DNA of 64,000 bases from Minisyncoccota bacterium. GTDB lineage: Bacteria; Patescibacteriota; Minisyncoccia; Phycocordibacterales; SBAW01. How positions within the stretch are numbered: position 1 is the stretch's first letter; each line of letters starts with the position of its first letter. Of this stretch, positions 9,128 through 19,499 are shown piece after piece. A program made the translations under genes and the position numbers. The notes beneath the pieces are model-generated. The model was not told the DNA's origin, did not search any database, and saw only the letters and a list, made by a program, of their open reading frames with translations. The stretch covers positions 257,056-321,055 of the forward strand of contig DASZWN010000002.1 of NCBI GenBank assembly GCA_035546575.1, in the 5' to 3' direction.

Positions 9128-9439
9128 CTATAGTTCTGATGAAGGCGGCTGCTTTTTGGTGCGTGGCTTAGTGGGCGGCTGGAGCGTGCGCGTTAAAAAT
9201 CCAAATACAAGATTGAGTATCGTCTTACCCTTCGTCCCCTCCTCGCGCAAGTTGGCGCGCAGCGCCTCAAAGTCCTTCTCTACCTCGTCTCCGGCCTTGC
9301 GGATCTTGCCGACTATCTCGCGGAGGTCGCGAGCCACAGGAATAAGGTAGTACAACACCATCAATATACCGATCGTAATGCAGAGAACTGCAAGCGATGT
9401 GATAAAAAAGAAGATATCGGCATGTACTACCTCGTTCAT
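9128..9439 (-). CDS. Small membrane protein
   Basis: ADIFFFITSLAV TM followed by a coiled coil. Confidence 0.7.
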   Translation of the reverse strand: MNEVVHADIFFFITSLAVLCITIGILMVLYYLIPVARDLREIVGKIRKAGDEVEKDFEALRANLREEGTKGKTILNLVFGFLTRTLQPPTKPRTKKQPPSSEL

Positions 9440-9448
9440 ACCTAGAGA

Positions 9449-10492
9449 CTACCTCGAAGCGAGGAAACTTTCAATCAAACTCTCCACCTCCGCGGCGTTT
9501 TTTGCCTCCATTAATTGCATGCGCAGCTCTTTTGCGCCGTCAAAACCTTCGACATACGCTTTAAAGTGCTTTTTCATGATCGCAAAGTTTTTGATATCGC
9601 CTAACAGCTCTTCAAATAGCTTGGTGTGCTCTACAGCAATCTGAAGTCGAAATGCGTCCGGGAAAATAGTCTGGCCCGCAAGGGCGCCCCAAAGAGGGCG
9701 CCGCGAGACGGGAGACCCGAGGACTTTTTCTTGGGCGCTTTCGACGGAAGAAAAGAGCCACGGTTTGCCAAAAATCGCGCGCCCAAGCATGACGCCGTCG
9801 GCTCCACTCTCAGTCGCCTTCTTTCTTGCATCGGCAACATCGAGCGCATCGCCGTTGCCGATAATGAGCGTTTTGCTGCCCAACTCATTTCGGATCTCGA
9901 CGGCGCGCTTAACCCTCTCCCAATGCGCAGGCACGAGCGACATTTCTTTGCGCGTGCGAGCGTGGAGCGTAAGCGCCGCCGGCTCTGCAGCCAAAAGCTT
10001 TGGCAGCCACTCCTCCAAAATATCTTTGTTGTAACCTAAACGAGTTTTAACCGAAATCGGCAGGTTGGGCGCACCACGCTTGGCCGCTGCGATAAGCTCA
10101 ACCGCCCGCTCGGGGTTTAAAATGAGTTTTGCTCCCGCGCCTTGCTTTTCGATTGTTTTATCGGGGCAGCCCATGTTGATATCGATCCCGTCAAACCCAA
10201 GCTCTTGAGCGAGCGCCGCAGCATGCTCCATATGCTCGGGTGTGGCGGTAAAAAACTGCGCAACAATGGGCCGCTCGGCCTCGCTGTATAGCAAATCGCG
10301 CAGTAACTTGTTGCGGCCCTCTTCATGCGCCAACGCAAGTCCATCAGCAGAAACGAATTCGGTCCAAAAAACGTTGGGTCCTTCCGGCTTGCTGTACTTT
10401 GCGATAATACGGCGAAAAGCCGCGTCAGTGACGTTAGCTAAAGGCGCAAGCACAAAGAAAGGCCGCGGCAGAGAGTCCCAGAAATTTTTCAT
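9449..10492 (-). CDS. dusB: tRNA-dihydrouridine synthase (with in-frame repeat insertion)
   Basis: LAPLANVTD, GIDINMGCP, LHART, IGNGD and GVMLGRA. Confidence 0.9.
   Translation of the reverse strand: MKNFWDSLPRPFFVLAPLANVTDAAFRRIIAKYSKPEGPNVFWTEFVSADGLALAHEEGRNKLLRDLLYSEAERPIVAQFFTATPEHMEHAAALAQELGFDGIDINMGCPDKTIEKQGAGAKLILNPERAVELIAAAKRGAPNLPISVKTRLGYNKDILEEWLPKLLAAEPAALTLHARTRKEMSLVPAHWERVKRAVEIRNELGSKTLIIGNGDALDVADARKKATESGADGVMLGRAIFGKPWLFSSVESAQEKVLGSPVSRRPLWGALAGQTIFPDAFRLQIAVEHTKLFEELLGDIKNFAIMKKHFKAYVEGFDGAKELRMQLMEAKNAAEVESLIESFLASR
9646..9745. repeat. Multi-hairpin element family B, copy 1 (in frame in dusB)
   Basis: Core AAAATAGTCTGGCCCGCAAG-hairpin-GCGAGACGGGAGACCCGAGGACTTTT shared with 49226-49338 and 61413-61511. 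Confidence 0.85.
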
Positions 10493-10501
10493 ATACTCAC
10501 C

Positions 10502-11317
10502 CTACTGGTTTTTCAACTTGTAGTACAGCTTGTCGCCAAAGCGCAGATCGAGATACTCAAATTGCGAGAGGTCGTGGGTTGTAAACGGATCGGCAGTGAG
10601 GGCTAACCTAAAGCGCTCCAGCACGTCGGCGGTATCGTCTTTAAGCGCAAACATGAGTGCAAATCCGTTTGCAAATCGCATGGTTGCAGCAGTATCACTC
10701 ACCGAGACGCTCGCTACGGCAACCTTTGCCTGCTGCGCTGCAGCGGCGGCAAACGCGGCAAGCGAGCGAAATTGCTCGGGATTCAAAAATTGTTTTGGCT
10801 GGCTATTGGTCGTGCTACCAAAGTATTTTACATATACCTCTCCGGAAAAATCTGCCGCAGGAGCATAGACAACACCTACAGCATCGAGTAAGAAACAGGG
10901 TGACGGCGTAGTGGTTGATTCTCCGCACCACAGCGCATGCGGCCCGCGCTCAACAATATCTATGCGCAGATTTGTAAAATCCTGCACTTTGAGCGAGACG
11001 CTTTCAAAAACCGGAAATTGTTTTGTGAGTTGCGCTTGTACTTGGTCGCGCGGATAAAAAAGCGCATTATCTTTTGCAAACACTAAGCCATAAGTACCTC
11101 CGATCTCCTCACGCACCATGATCTCAATCGTGCTTGTCCCGACAGACGAGGCGCCTACTATCTCGATCGTCTGGATACGCAGAAATGGCGCCCAAGAGAG
11201 TGCAGTCGCCCCTGCTGCCAAAACCAACAGTAAAAACACGGCCACAGAAATAAGTACCATGCGTCGCTTACGCCGACGCGCTTTAAGCTTTGATTGCGGC
11301 AGTACGACCCGAGCCAT
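10502..11317 (-). CDS. FtsQ/DivIB-like cell division protein
   Basis: Basic N-terminus, TM, POTRA-like region and C-terminal YLDLRFGDKLYYK. Confidence 0.75.
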   Translation of the reverse strand: MARVVLPQSKLKARRRKRRMVLISVAVFLLLVLAAGATALSWAPFLRIQTIEIVGASSVGTSTIEIMVREEIGGTYGLVFAKDNALFYPRDQVQAQLTKQFPVFESVSLKVQDFTNLRIDIVERGPHALWCGESTTTPSPCFLLDAVGVVYAPAADFSGEVYVKYFGSTTNSQPKQFLNPEQFRSLAAFAAAAAQQAKVAVASVSVSDTAATMRFANGFALMFALKDDTADVLERFRLALTADPFTTHDLSQFEYLDLRFGDKLYYKLKNQ

Positions 11318-11321
11318 AGTA

Positions 11322-12608
11322 CTAATTCACTTTTTCTATCGTGTTTTTGCCAATGTAGGAGCGGAGTACTTCCGGAACTGAAACCGTGCCGTCTGCCTGT
11401 TGATAGTTTTCCAAAATTGCGATTAGGATGCGGCCGATAGCAAATGCCGTCGCGTCGTTCATATGTACCGGCTCAATAGCGCCATCTGCACGCTTGATAC
11501 GGGTGTTAAGCCGGCGTGCCTGAAAGCCGCCTACGTAGTCGGCGCTGTGCGTCTCTCTATACGTATCTTGTCCCGGCATCCATGTCTCAATGTCGATCTG
11601 ACGCTGGTCGGGAAAGCCCATATCACCGGTGCACACAAGCACCACTTGGTACGGAAGTTTCAACTGTTGGAGCAAATATTCTTGCACGGCAACCAGGAGT
11701 TCTTGCTCGGCTAAGCCGTCTTCGGGTTTGGTAAAGCACTCCATCTCGATTTTATCGAACTGATGCTGGCGCAAAATGCCTTTGGTGTCTTTGCCGTACG
11801 AGCCCGCTTCGCGGCGGAATGCGGTGGAGTAGCCAACATAGCGGATCGGGAGCTTTTCCTCATGCACAACCTCGTCCATATGGAGCGGTCCTAGTGTGTG
11901 TTCGGCACTACCGATAAGCATCGTATCTTCCTCAGGGAAAAGATAGTGCTCTTCCGGTGTGAGGAATCGCGCCATGCGCACCTGCACCTGCTTTTTTACA
12001 AATACCGGCGGCACGACCGGTATAAACGGTTTGGGGTTAATAGAAAGCCCCGCATTGGCAATAACTTTCTCCATTCCCTCTTTTGTAGAAAGCGTCTGCA
12101 TCACAAACTGTACGAGTGCAAACTGTAAGAGGGCTAGATCGCCCTTCACATAGGTAAAACGTGCGCCAGAAACCTCGGTTGCTTTTTCGGAGTCGATAAT
12201 GCCAAGCTCGCGGCCGATGTCCCAATGCGCTTTTACAGGAAAATTAAATTGCGGCTTTTCGCCCCACTGTTTGATAATCTTGTTGCCGCTCTCATCTGGG
12301 CCGATAGGCGTATCAGCAGACGGAATATTAGGGAGTTTTATCAAAAGCCCTACAAGCTCCTTTTCGAGCGTCTGATACTTTTCTTCAGCTGCTTTCAACT
12401 CCTCTTTTAAGCGCTTGCCTGCCTCCCCATCGCGTGCGGCCTGCGCCTCATTGCGCTTTTGGTTGATTTGGCTTATCTCGGTCGATGCCTGCTTGCGCTC
12501 GTCGGCAAGCGCCAAGATGCGGTCGAGGTCTACGCCCTCGCGGTTCTTGTTTTTGAGCGCAGCGCGGACGATATCTGGATTTTCCCGGATAAAAGTGATA
12601 TCTAACAT
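11322..12608 (-). CDS. serS: Serine--tRNA ligase
   Basis: MLDITFIREN start; AFRREAGSYGKDTKGILRQHQFDKIE; AILENYQ. Confidence 0.97.
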   Translation of the reverse strand: MLDITFIRENPDIVRAALKNKNREGVDLDRILALADERKQASTEISQINQKRNEAQAARDGEAGKRLKEELKAAEEKYQTLEKELVGLLIKLPNIPSADTPIGPDESGNKIIKQWGEKPQFNFPVKAHWDIGRELGIIDSEKATEVSGARFTYVKGDLALLQFALVQFVMQTLSTKEGMEKVIANAGLSINPKPFIPVVPPVFVKKQVQVRMARFLTPEEHYLFPEEDTMLIGSAEHTLGPLHMDEVVHEEKLPIRYVGYSTAFRREAGSYGKDTKGILRQHQFDKIEMECFTKPEDGLAEQELLVAVQEYLLQQLKLPYQVVLVCTGDMGFPDQRQIDIETWMPGQDTYRETHSADYVGGFQARRLNTRIKRADGAIEPVHMNDATAFAIGRILIAILENYQQADGTVSVPEVLRSYIGKNTIEKVN

Positions 12609-12633
12609 ATGTTTCTGATACCCATAGCGTACA

Positions 12634-13494
12634 ATGACTTTCCCTCTGCGACAACTAGTATTTAATGACTTTCCTGAACTACTAAAGGAAATTCCTGACG
12701 CTCCGAGCACGCTCTGGTATCGCGGAGAAATGCCTCCAAAAGAGTACAAGATGCTGTGCGTTGTCGGCTCGCGCGCCACTACTCCCTACGGCAAACGTAT
12801 GTGCCAAAAACTTATTGCAGGTTTAGCCGGACAGCCAATCGCAATCATCTCCGGCATGGCGCTTGGGATCGACAGCGAGGCCCACAATGCCGCGATGGAC
12901 GTCGGGCTGCCCACCGTTGCAGTGCTCCCCTCGTCGTGCGACGAGAAGAGCCTCTACCCTTCTACCAATAAAGCGCTCGCGCAACGGATTCTGAGTCGCG
13001 GCGGAGCGCTCCTGAGCGAGACAAAAGGCCCATACAAAGCGATGCTGCACGACTTTGCAAAACGCAATCGCATCGGCGCGGGCATGTCGCTTGTGACACT
13101 TATCATCGAAGCGGGAGAGAAATCGGGTACTTTGATTACCGCGCGCCTTGCACTCGATTACAATCGCGAGGTACTTGCGGTGCCGCACGAGATCGGCCGC
13201 GAGACTGGAGCAGGTGTTAATGCACTGATCCGTGAAGGGGCAACCCTGGTGCGAAACTCCGAGGACGTGCTCCAAGCGCTTGGGCTCAAAGCCGCAGAGC
13301 CCGAGCAAGGCACGCTCCCAACCGATCTAACAGAGGTGGAAATAAAAGTCTTAACTGCACTAACCGAAGCGCTCGTTAAAGACGAAGTAATCGAGTATGC
13401 CGAGGTCTCCGCACAAGAAGCAAACATCGCGCTCTCCTCGCTCCTCATACGCGGCCTCATAACCGAGCGTCTTGGCAAAATTGAGCGCGTGTAG
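12634..13494 (+). CDS. dprA: DNA-protecting protein DprA
   Basis: VVGSR, IISGMALGID, RNRI and EAGEKSGTLITA. Confidence 0.95.
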   Translation: MTFPLRQLVFNDFPELLKEIPDAPSTLWYRGEMPPKEYKMLCVVGSRATTPYGKRMCQKLIAGLAGQPIAIISGMALGIDSEAHNAAMDVGLPTVAVLPSSCDEKSLYPSTNKALAQRILSRGGALLSETKGPYKAMLHDFAKRNRIGAGMSLVTLIIEAGEKSGTLITARLALDYNREVLAVPHEIGRETGAGVNALIREGATLVRNSEDVLQALGLKAAEPEQGTLPTDLTEVEIKVLTALTEALVKDEVIEYAEVSAQEANIALSSLLIRGLITERLGKIERV

Positions 13495-13518
13495 TATCTG
13501 GTATAGTACTACGTATAT

Positions 13519-15756
13519 ATGAAGTTGGTGATCGTTGAGTCGCCCGCTAAGGCGAAGACTATTGAGAAGTACCTTAACGATATTGTTAAGGATGGGCGCC
13601 TGCCTGCCGGTAGGCAGGACTTTGTCGTGCGCGCCTCGGTGGGCCATGTCCGCGATCTTCCGAAGTCTAATAAAAAAGCGATCGATATTCCTGCCGGCTT
13701 TGTGCCGCACTACGAGGTTGTGGCAGGCAAGATGAAGGTGATCGACGAGTTAAAAACGCTCGCTAAAAAAGCCGACGAGGTAATACTCGCGACCGACCCC
13801 GACCGCGAGGGCGAGGCTATTGCCTGGCACATTGGCCAGGAACTCAAGCTCAAAAAGCCGGAGCGCATCGTGTTCCACGAGATCACCAAAGAGGCTATCG
13901 CCGAGGCGCTTGCTAACCCGCGTCAGATCGACGAGCACTTGCGTTATGCACAAGAGGCACGCCGCGTGCTCGACCGCCTGGTGGGCTACGACCTCTCGGG
14001 GCTTATCTGGAAGAAGGTTCGATACGGGCTCTCCGCAGGGCGCGTACAATCGCCGGCTTTGCGCATCATTATGGAGCGCGAGCGCGAGATCCGCGCATTT
14101 ATCCCTGAGACCTACTGGGTTATTACCGCACAGACCCAGACCGAGCATAAAGATGCACTCAACCTCACCTGTGTTGAGGAGCCGCGCGACAAAAAACAAG
14201 TCGACCATATTATCGAGGCGGTTAAAAAAGACGGGCTTACTGTCGCCGACGTAACCGAGAGCGAAATGAAGCGGGCTCCAAGAGCGCCATTTACCACCTC
14301 CACCCTCCAGCAGGCGGCATCAACGCGCCTTGGCTTCTCCCCCTCCAACACCATGCGTATTGCGCAAAAACTCTACGAAGCCGGCCACATTACCTACATG
14401 CGCACCGACTCGGTAAACCTTGGCGCTCCTGCACGCGCAGCACTGCTTGCTCATGTTGAGAAAAAGTACGGCAAAGAGTACGTGCAGCCGCATACATTTG
14501 CGACAAAATCTAAAAATGCGCAGGAGGCTCATGAAGCAGTGCGCCCGACTCATATAGAAAAGGAGTCGGTTGGCACAACGCCCGAACAAAAGAAGCTCTA
14601 TGAGCTGATTTGGGCCCGCACGCTCGCATCGCAAATGGCTGATGCAAAACTGCTCAAGACAAAAATAATTGCCGAGACAAAAGATGCAAAGGTTCCGCAA
14701 TTTGCAGCCAATGGATCGCGCGTGATGTTTGACGGCTGGCTGCGTGCCGACCCTGCAGCACGCGGCGAAGATGTCGAGCTGCCAAAAGTCTCTCCAAAAG
14801 AAACACTCGATGTTAAAGATGTTTCTGCGGAGGAAAAGGCTACCACCCCACCGCAGCGCTACTCCGAGGCCGGGCTGATCAAAGAGCTCGAGAAGCGCGG
14901 TATCGGCCGGCCGTCAACGTACGCAAGCATCATGAAGACGCTCCAAGACCGCGGCTACGTACTCAAGGAAGGGCGCTCGCTAATACCTACCGACACCGGC
15001 GATGTGGTCTCAACATTCCTTGAAGACAACTTCCCTACCTATATCTCGGATACGTTTACTGCAGAGATGGAAGACGAGCTCGACGAAATTGCTCTTGGCA
15101 AACGCGAGTATGCAAAGACGCTCGGCGACTTCTATACCCCGTTTCTTAAAGACGTAAAACTCAAAGACAAAGAAGCCGGTAAGATTACCGATCTGGGGCC
15201 GGCACCAAAAGAGTATACCTGCCCCATATGCGGCAGCCCGATGGTGTTTAAGCTCTCTCGCCAGGGCAAATTTATGTCTTGCTCGCGCTTCCCCGACTGT
15301 TTGGGTGCTCGTACAGAAACCGGCGAGGTAATCTCAAACGAGCCGCCAAAACCAATCGGCACGTATCCGGAAAATGGCGAACCTATTTATGTGCTCACCG
15401 GCCGCTTTGGCCCTTATGTGCAAGTTGGCGAAACTCCGACCGGCAAAGGCTCAAAGTCTAAAAACAAACCCAAACGCGGCTCAATTCCTAAAGAAAAAAT
15501 CCCTGAGGAGGTGACTCTCGAAGATGCGCTTAAATATTTGAGCCTCCCGCGTGTACTTGGCAAACATCCGGACACCGAAGAAACTATTACCGCCAACATC
15601 GGCCGCTTCGGTCCCTACATTGCGCACAACACCAAACCAAAGCCGGACTTCCGCTCGCTAAAAACCGACGACGTATATGCAATAACGCTTGAAAGAGCCC
15701 TCGAAATCTTAAGCGAAGAAAAGAAGCGCCGCGGGTTTACAAAGAAAGCAAAATAA
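13519..15756 (+). CDS. topA: DNA topoisomerase I (LPAGRQ insertion in the TOPRIM domain)
   Basis: LVIVESPAKAKTI, ATDPDREGEAI, SAGRVQS and ITYMRTDS. Confidence 0.98.
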   Translation: MKLVIVESPAKAKTIEKYLNDIVKDGRLPAGRQDFVVRASVGHVRDLPKSNKKAIDIPAGFVPHYEVVAGKMKVIDELKTLAKKADEVILATDPDREGEAIAWHIGQELKLKKPERIVFHEITKEAIAEALANPRQIDEHLRYAQEARRVLDRLVGYDLSGLIWKKVRYGLSAGRVQSPALRIIMEREREIRAFIPETYWVITAQTQTEHKDALNLTCVEEPRDKKQVDHIIEAVKKDGLTVADVTESEMKRAPRAPFTTSTLQQAASTRLGFSPSNTMRIAQKLYEAGHITYMRTDSVNLGAPARAALLAHVEKKYGKEYVQPHTFATKSKNAQEAHEAVRPTHIEKESVGTTPEQKKLYELIWARTLASQMADAKLLKTKIIAETKDAKVPQFAANGSRVMFDGWLRADPAARGEDVELPKVSPKETLDVKDVSAEEKATTPPQRYSEAGLIKELEKRGIGRPSTYASIMKTLQDRGYVLKEGRSLIPTDTGDVVSTFLEDNFPTYISDTFTAEMEDELDEIALGKREYAKTLGDFYTPFLKDVKLKDKEAGKITDLGPAPKEYTCPICGSPMVFKLSRQGKFMSCSRFPDCLGARTETGEVISNEPPKPIGTYPENGEPIYVLTGRFGPYVQVGETPTGKGSKSKNKPKRGSIPKEKIPEEVTLEDALKYLSLPRVLGKHPDTEETITANIGRFGPYIAHNTKPKPDFRSLKTDDVYAITLERALEILSEEKKRRGFTKKAK
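13599..13618 (+). repeat. 20-bp palindrome family A, copy 1 (in topA)
   Basis: CCTGCCTGCCGGTAGGCAGG. Confidence 0.95.
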
Positions 15757-15804
15757 AAAGAAGAAGCGCGGGACTAAGTCCCGCGCTTCGCGCATCTGAA
15801 ATCG

Positions 15805-16188
15805 TTAGTGGTTCTTGACGCGCTGCACCCGGCGATGCCGCGTAGGACGCGGCACACGGCCCTGCAGCGGCGACCGCGGCGTCTGATTGCGCAGATGCCA
15901 GTCCTGCCGCTCAAACGGCCGTACGTGATGAAAGGGCATGTCGCGAAGGATACTGCCTAGTGCAATTCTCATGTCTCTCTCTTCTCGCTCGATGTACTCG
16001 ATGCTGATCGCCATGAATGGCGTATGCGGAGCCGTAAGATCAAATAGATCCGGTGTTTCGGGGAAGAAGCGGTCGATCGCAGATACGGCCATATCGATTA
16101 TGACGAGGGTGTCGGATTGCTTGGGGTATTCGACCTCAGCAACAACAGTGTCCCCTTCCAGATGAAGGGTAATGCCTGGGCCTGCCAT
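15805..16188 (-). CDS. Hypothetical protein
   Basis: SD GGAG before MAGPGIT; terminator-like hairpin near 15762-15790. Confidence 0.5.
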   Translation of the reverse strand: MAGPGITLHLEGDTVVAEVEYPKQSDTLVIIDMAVSAIDRFFPETPDLFDLTAPHTPFMAISIEYIEREERDMRIALGSILRDMPFHHVRPFERQDWHLRNQTPRSPLQGRVPRPTRHRRVQRVKNH

Positions 16189-16281
16189 GTATGCTCCCTG
16201 TCTCTCGGTGAACTTGCTAAAAAACAAAATAGCACGAGATAAAAGATGCGTCAAAATTTAAAAGGAGTACTATAGGTATAT

Positions 16282-17859
16282 ATGCCAAGCGCTCGCGACA
16301 TAGTGAGCAAGATGAGCTCTCCTACCGCAGAGGATACTGCCTTTGTAGAAAAAGCGTACGCGTTTGCGGCCGAGGCGCACAAGGACCACAAGCGCTTTTC
16401 CGGCGAGCCATTTCTGACACACCTTGCCGCAACTGCCGAGTCTCTGGCCGAGCTTGGCATGGGAGCAAAGACGATCGCTGCCGGGCTGCTCCACGACACT
16501 ATCGAGGATATGGGGGTAGACCGGGCAGTAATAGAAAAAGAGTTCGGAAAAGACATGCTCTTTTTGATTGAGGGCGTTACCAAGCTCGGGCACCTTAAGT
16601 ATCGCGGCACCGAGCGGCATCGCGAGTCACTGCGCAAACTACTTGTGGCAACCGGCAAAGATGTACGTGTGCTGATTATCAAGCTCATGGACCGCTTACA
16701 TAACATGCGCACGCTTGAGCACGTGCCGGAAGCAAAGCGCAAACGCATCGCGCTTGAGACGCTCGAGATCCACGCGGCAATCGCACACCGGTTGGGTATG
16801 GGCGTGGTACGCAAAGAGCTCGAGGACTTGGCGTTCCGCTGGGCATACCCGGAGGAATACGCCGAAGCGCAAAAACTATTGACCGAAAAGTCAAAGGAGA
16901 CGCAGGAGCGTCTCGAGGAGATGAGTCGTACGCTCAAAAAAGAGCTCGCCAAAAATGAGATTACTCGATTTGAAACAGACTACCGGGTAAAAGGGCTCTG
17001 GAGCCTGTGGCAAAAGCTCAAGCGTAAAGAGGGCGATGTGGCAAAGGTGTACGACATTGCGGCGCTGCGCGTGGTGGTAGACAGCGTTGCCGACTGCTAC
17101 CGTGTGCTTGGCATCGTTAACAACCTCTGGCAGCCGCTCCCCTATAAAATCAAAGATTATATCGCTTTCCCCAAGCCAAACGGGTATCAGTCGCTCCACA
17201 CCACGGTGTTTGCTGGCGATGGTGGGATCGTGGAGGTGCAGATCCGCACCAAAGAAATGCATCGCGATGCACAATTTGGCATCACTGCGCACGTGGTCTA
17301 CAAAGAGCGCGGTAGAGGCGCGTCTCATGCGTCAGATCAGGCACGCGGCAGAGGCACAAGCTTTGACTGGATACGCTCGCTTTTGCCCGGTTTTAGGCGT
17401 GCGCCAGTACAAGACACCAAAGGCGCAGCGGCGCCTGCGGATACCAATGAGAGCAAACCTTCGCGCACGCGATATGGCTCGGCGCCAGTGCCTGAGTGGC
17501 TCTCGGGGATTGAAGAAAACGAGCTTGAGGACCCCGACTTTGATACTGCGGTACGCGGCGACATCTTTTCGCACCGAGCGTTCGTATTTACGCCGCGCGG
17601 CGACGTGGTAGACCTGCCCACGCAAGCGACGCCAATAGATTTTGCATACGCCATACACTCAGACTTGGGCGACCGCGTATCTGGCGCCAAAGTAAACGGT
17701 AAGCTTGTGCCTCTTGATACCGAGCTCCACAACGGCGACATTGTCGAGATCCAGACTAAAAAGAGTGCTCGGCCTAAACAGAAGTGGCTCGACTTTACCA
17801 AAACAACGCTAGCGCGCCGACATATCCGCAACGCGCTGGAGGAAGAAACTAAAAACTAA
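16282..17859 (+). CDS. RelA/SpoT family (p)ppGpp synthetase/hydrolase (HD+SYNTH+TGS)
   Basis: RFSGEPFLTH, LLHDTIED, DRLHNMRTL, KDYIAFPKPNGYQSLHT and TPIDFAYAIHS. Confidence 0.95.
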   Translation: MPSARDIVSKMSSPTAEDTAFVEKAYAFAAEAHKDHKRFSGEPFLTHLAATAESLAELGMGAKTIAAGLLHDTIEDMGVDRAVIEKEFGKDMLFLIEGVTKLGHLKYRGTERHRESLRKLLVATGKDVRVLIIKLMDRLHNMRTLEHVPEAKRKRIALETLEIHAAIAHRLGMGVVRKELEDLAFRWAYPEEYAEAQKLLTEKSKETQERLEEMSRTLKKELAKNEITRFETDYRVKGLWSLWQKLKRKEGDVAKVYDIAALRVVVDSVADCYRVLGIVNNLWQPLPYKIKDYIAFPKPNGYQSLHTTVFAGDGGIVEVQIRTKEMHRDAQFGITAHVVYKERGRGASHASDQARGRGTSFDWIRSLLPGFRRAPVQDTKGAAAPADTNESKPSRTRYGSAPVPEWLSGIEENELEDPDFDTAVRGDIFSHRAFVFTPRGDVVDLPTQATPIDFAYAIHSDLGDRVSGAKVNGKLVPLDTELHNGDIVEIQTKKSARPKQKWLDFTKTTLARRHIRNALEEETKN

Positions 17860-18494
17860 CCCAGATGCGCGTGATCGTTAATGACCGAAATCGACCACGG
17901 CCAAGACGGATTTTTTTCGCTGTCATAGACCAGAATAGATAGACCTGTATTTTTAGTACTGATACCGTTTACAAACGCTCCGCACTCGCGCGGCGTAACG
18001 TCCTTTCCAAATAATGCGTACGCCAAAAGGACTTTGAGGAACCAGCCGTGTGTTACTACTAAGATATGTTCGTGCGGCAAGTCTTCCAAGTATTTAAGCG
18101 CAGAAGAGACCCTCGCTGTTACCTCTGCAAAATCCTCTTCGTCGGAGTACCGGGGTTTATTATTATAAAAGTTGTCGTCAATAATTTTTTGTATACGGCT
18201 ACCTTCTCCATCAATTTCTGATATACCGATTAACTCTGAAGCATTACGGCCTTCTACGAACAGGGCTGAGCTTGTGATAACTCGCCCGGTCTTGTCGGCA
18301 ATATGCTGAGCGGTTTGTTGAGCACGCGTCATGGTGCTTGCAACAATGATGTCCAGAGGCAGCTTCATTGCTCGCTCAGCAATAAACTCTGCCTGTTCGT
18401 GGCCTTTTTGAGTAAGCGGGCTTTCAGAAGACGCGTGCACCTTTATCGCATTTGCCTCGCTTTCTCCATGCCGGACAAGATAGATTGTCTTCAT
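17856..18494 (-). CDS. Histidine phosphatase family protein
   Basis: LVRHGESEAN, RAQQT and VVTHG. Confidence 0.9.
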   Translation of the reverse strand: MKTIYLVRHGESEANAIKVHASSESPLTQKGHEQAEFIAERAMKLPLDIIVASTMTRAQQTAQHIADKTGRVITSSALFVEGRNASELIGISEIDGEGSRIQKIIDDNFYNNKPRYSDEEDFAEVTARVSSALKYLEDLPHEHILVVTHGWFLKVLLAYALFGKDVTPRECGAFVNGISTKNTGLSILVYDSEKNPSWPWSISVINDHAHLG

Positions 18495-19469
18495 TTATAT
18501 AGAGAAGCTATTTGGGTCAAAAGTGTTTTCGTCTTTTGTTTTTTCTTCAAGGCTCCGGTCATCGAGTGCTTGCGCGGGCGCAACGTCTGAAGCTAGAGGC
18601 TCTTCAGGGCTCGGGGTGTGCTCAACTTCCTTGCCTTGCGCGATGCGGCTTGCAAGCGCGCCAAACAGTACTCTAAGATCGTCCTCGTTGGTAAAATCGA
18701 TAGAGAGTTTACCGCCCCGCTCTTTTGGCTCAATAGCTACGCGCGTACCAAGTGCCTGAGTTAATTCGCGCTCCATTTCTAGTATTTCTGGCGCATAGAG
18801 ATACTCCTTTTTGCGCACTTTATCAAATGCAATGCGTCTTGCGATCGATTCTGTATCGCGCACTGTGAGTCGCTTGAGCATGATTTCCTTAAATAACGTG
18901 GTCTGCTCTTCCGGCCGCTCGGCAAGCATTAAAAGCGGGCGGGTATGGCCTTCGGAAATCTTGCCGTCGGCAAGCGCCTGCTGCATGTCCTCAGGGAGCC
19001 CGAGCAAACGGATGGTGTTGGAGACATACTCGCGGCTCTTCCCCACCCTTGCCGCAACCTCCGTGTGCTTAAACCCGAAGTCATTCACCAGTTGCGCAAA
19101 AGCTTTGGCACGATCTATCGGGTTGAGGTCCTCGCGCTGCAGGTTCTCTATTATTGCGAGTTCGAGCTTTGTTTTGTCATCGTCAAAAGAGTCGCGGATA
19201 AGTACCGGTACTTGCGCAATACCCGCGAGCTTTGCCGCGCGCAGGCGGCGCTCGCCGGCAATCAACTCATACTCTGCAGCCAAGCCGCCGCCCTCCTTCT
19301 CTACCTCGCGGCGCGAGACGGTAAGCGGCTGTATCACGCCATATTGGCGCACCGAGTTGGCCAGATCGCGCAGCTTTGCCTCGTCAAACTCTTTGCGGGG
19401 TTGGAAAGGATTCGGCTTTATTTTGTCTACCTCGACCCAAAAAATCGCATTGTTGTAAAAGCCTGACAT
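18495..19469 (-). CDS. parB: ParB/Spo0J partition protein
   Basis: PNPFQPRKEF, LIAGERRLRA and IIENLQREDLNPI; start placed at MSGFYN. Confidence 0.93.
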   Translation of the reverse strand: MSGFYNNAIFWVEVDKIKPNPFQPRKEFDEAKLRDLANSVRQYGVIQPLTVSRREVEKEGGGLAAEYELIAGERRLRAAKLAGIAQVPVLIRDSFDDDKTKLELAIIENLQREDLNPIDRAKAFAQLVNDFGFKHTEVAARVGKSREYVSNTIRLLGLPEDMQQALADGKISEGHTRPLLMLAERPEEQTTLFKEIMLKRLTVRDTESIARRIAFDKVRKKEYLYAPEILEMERELTQALGTRVAIEPKERGGKLSIDFTNEDDLRVLFGALASRIAQGKEVEHTPSPEEPLASDVAPAQALDDRSLEEKTKDENTFDPNSFSI

Positions 19470-19499
19470 AAACGATATTCTAACACAGCAGAGTAGTTT

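Noticed and set aside
12634-15756. dprA-topA adjacency as a novel system
   Set aside because: This is a widely conserved gene order.
17300-17500. Extra linker in the Rel protein as a repeat insertion
   Set aside because: Low-complexity linker with only a short RGRG duplication; no inverted repeat or match to the element families.
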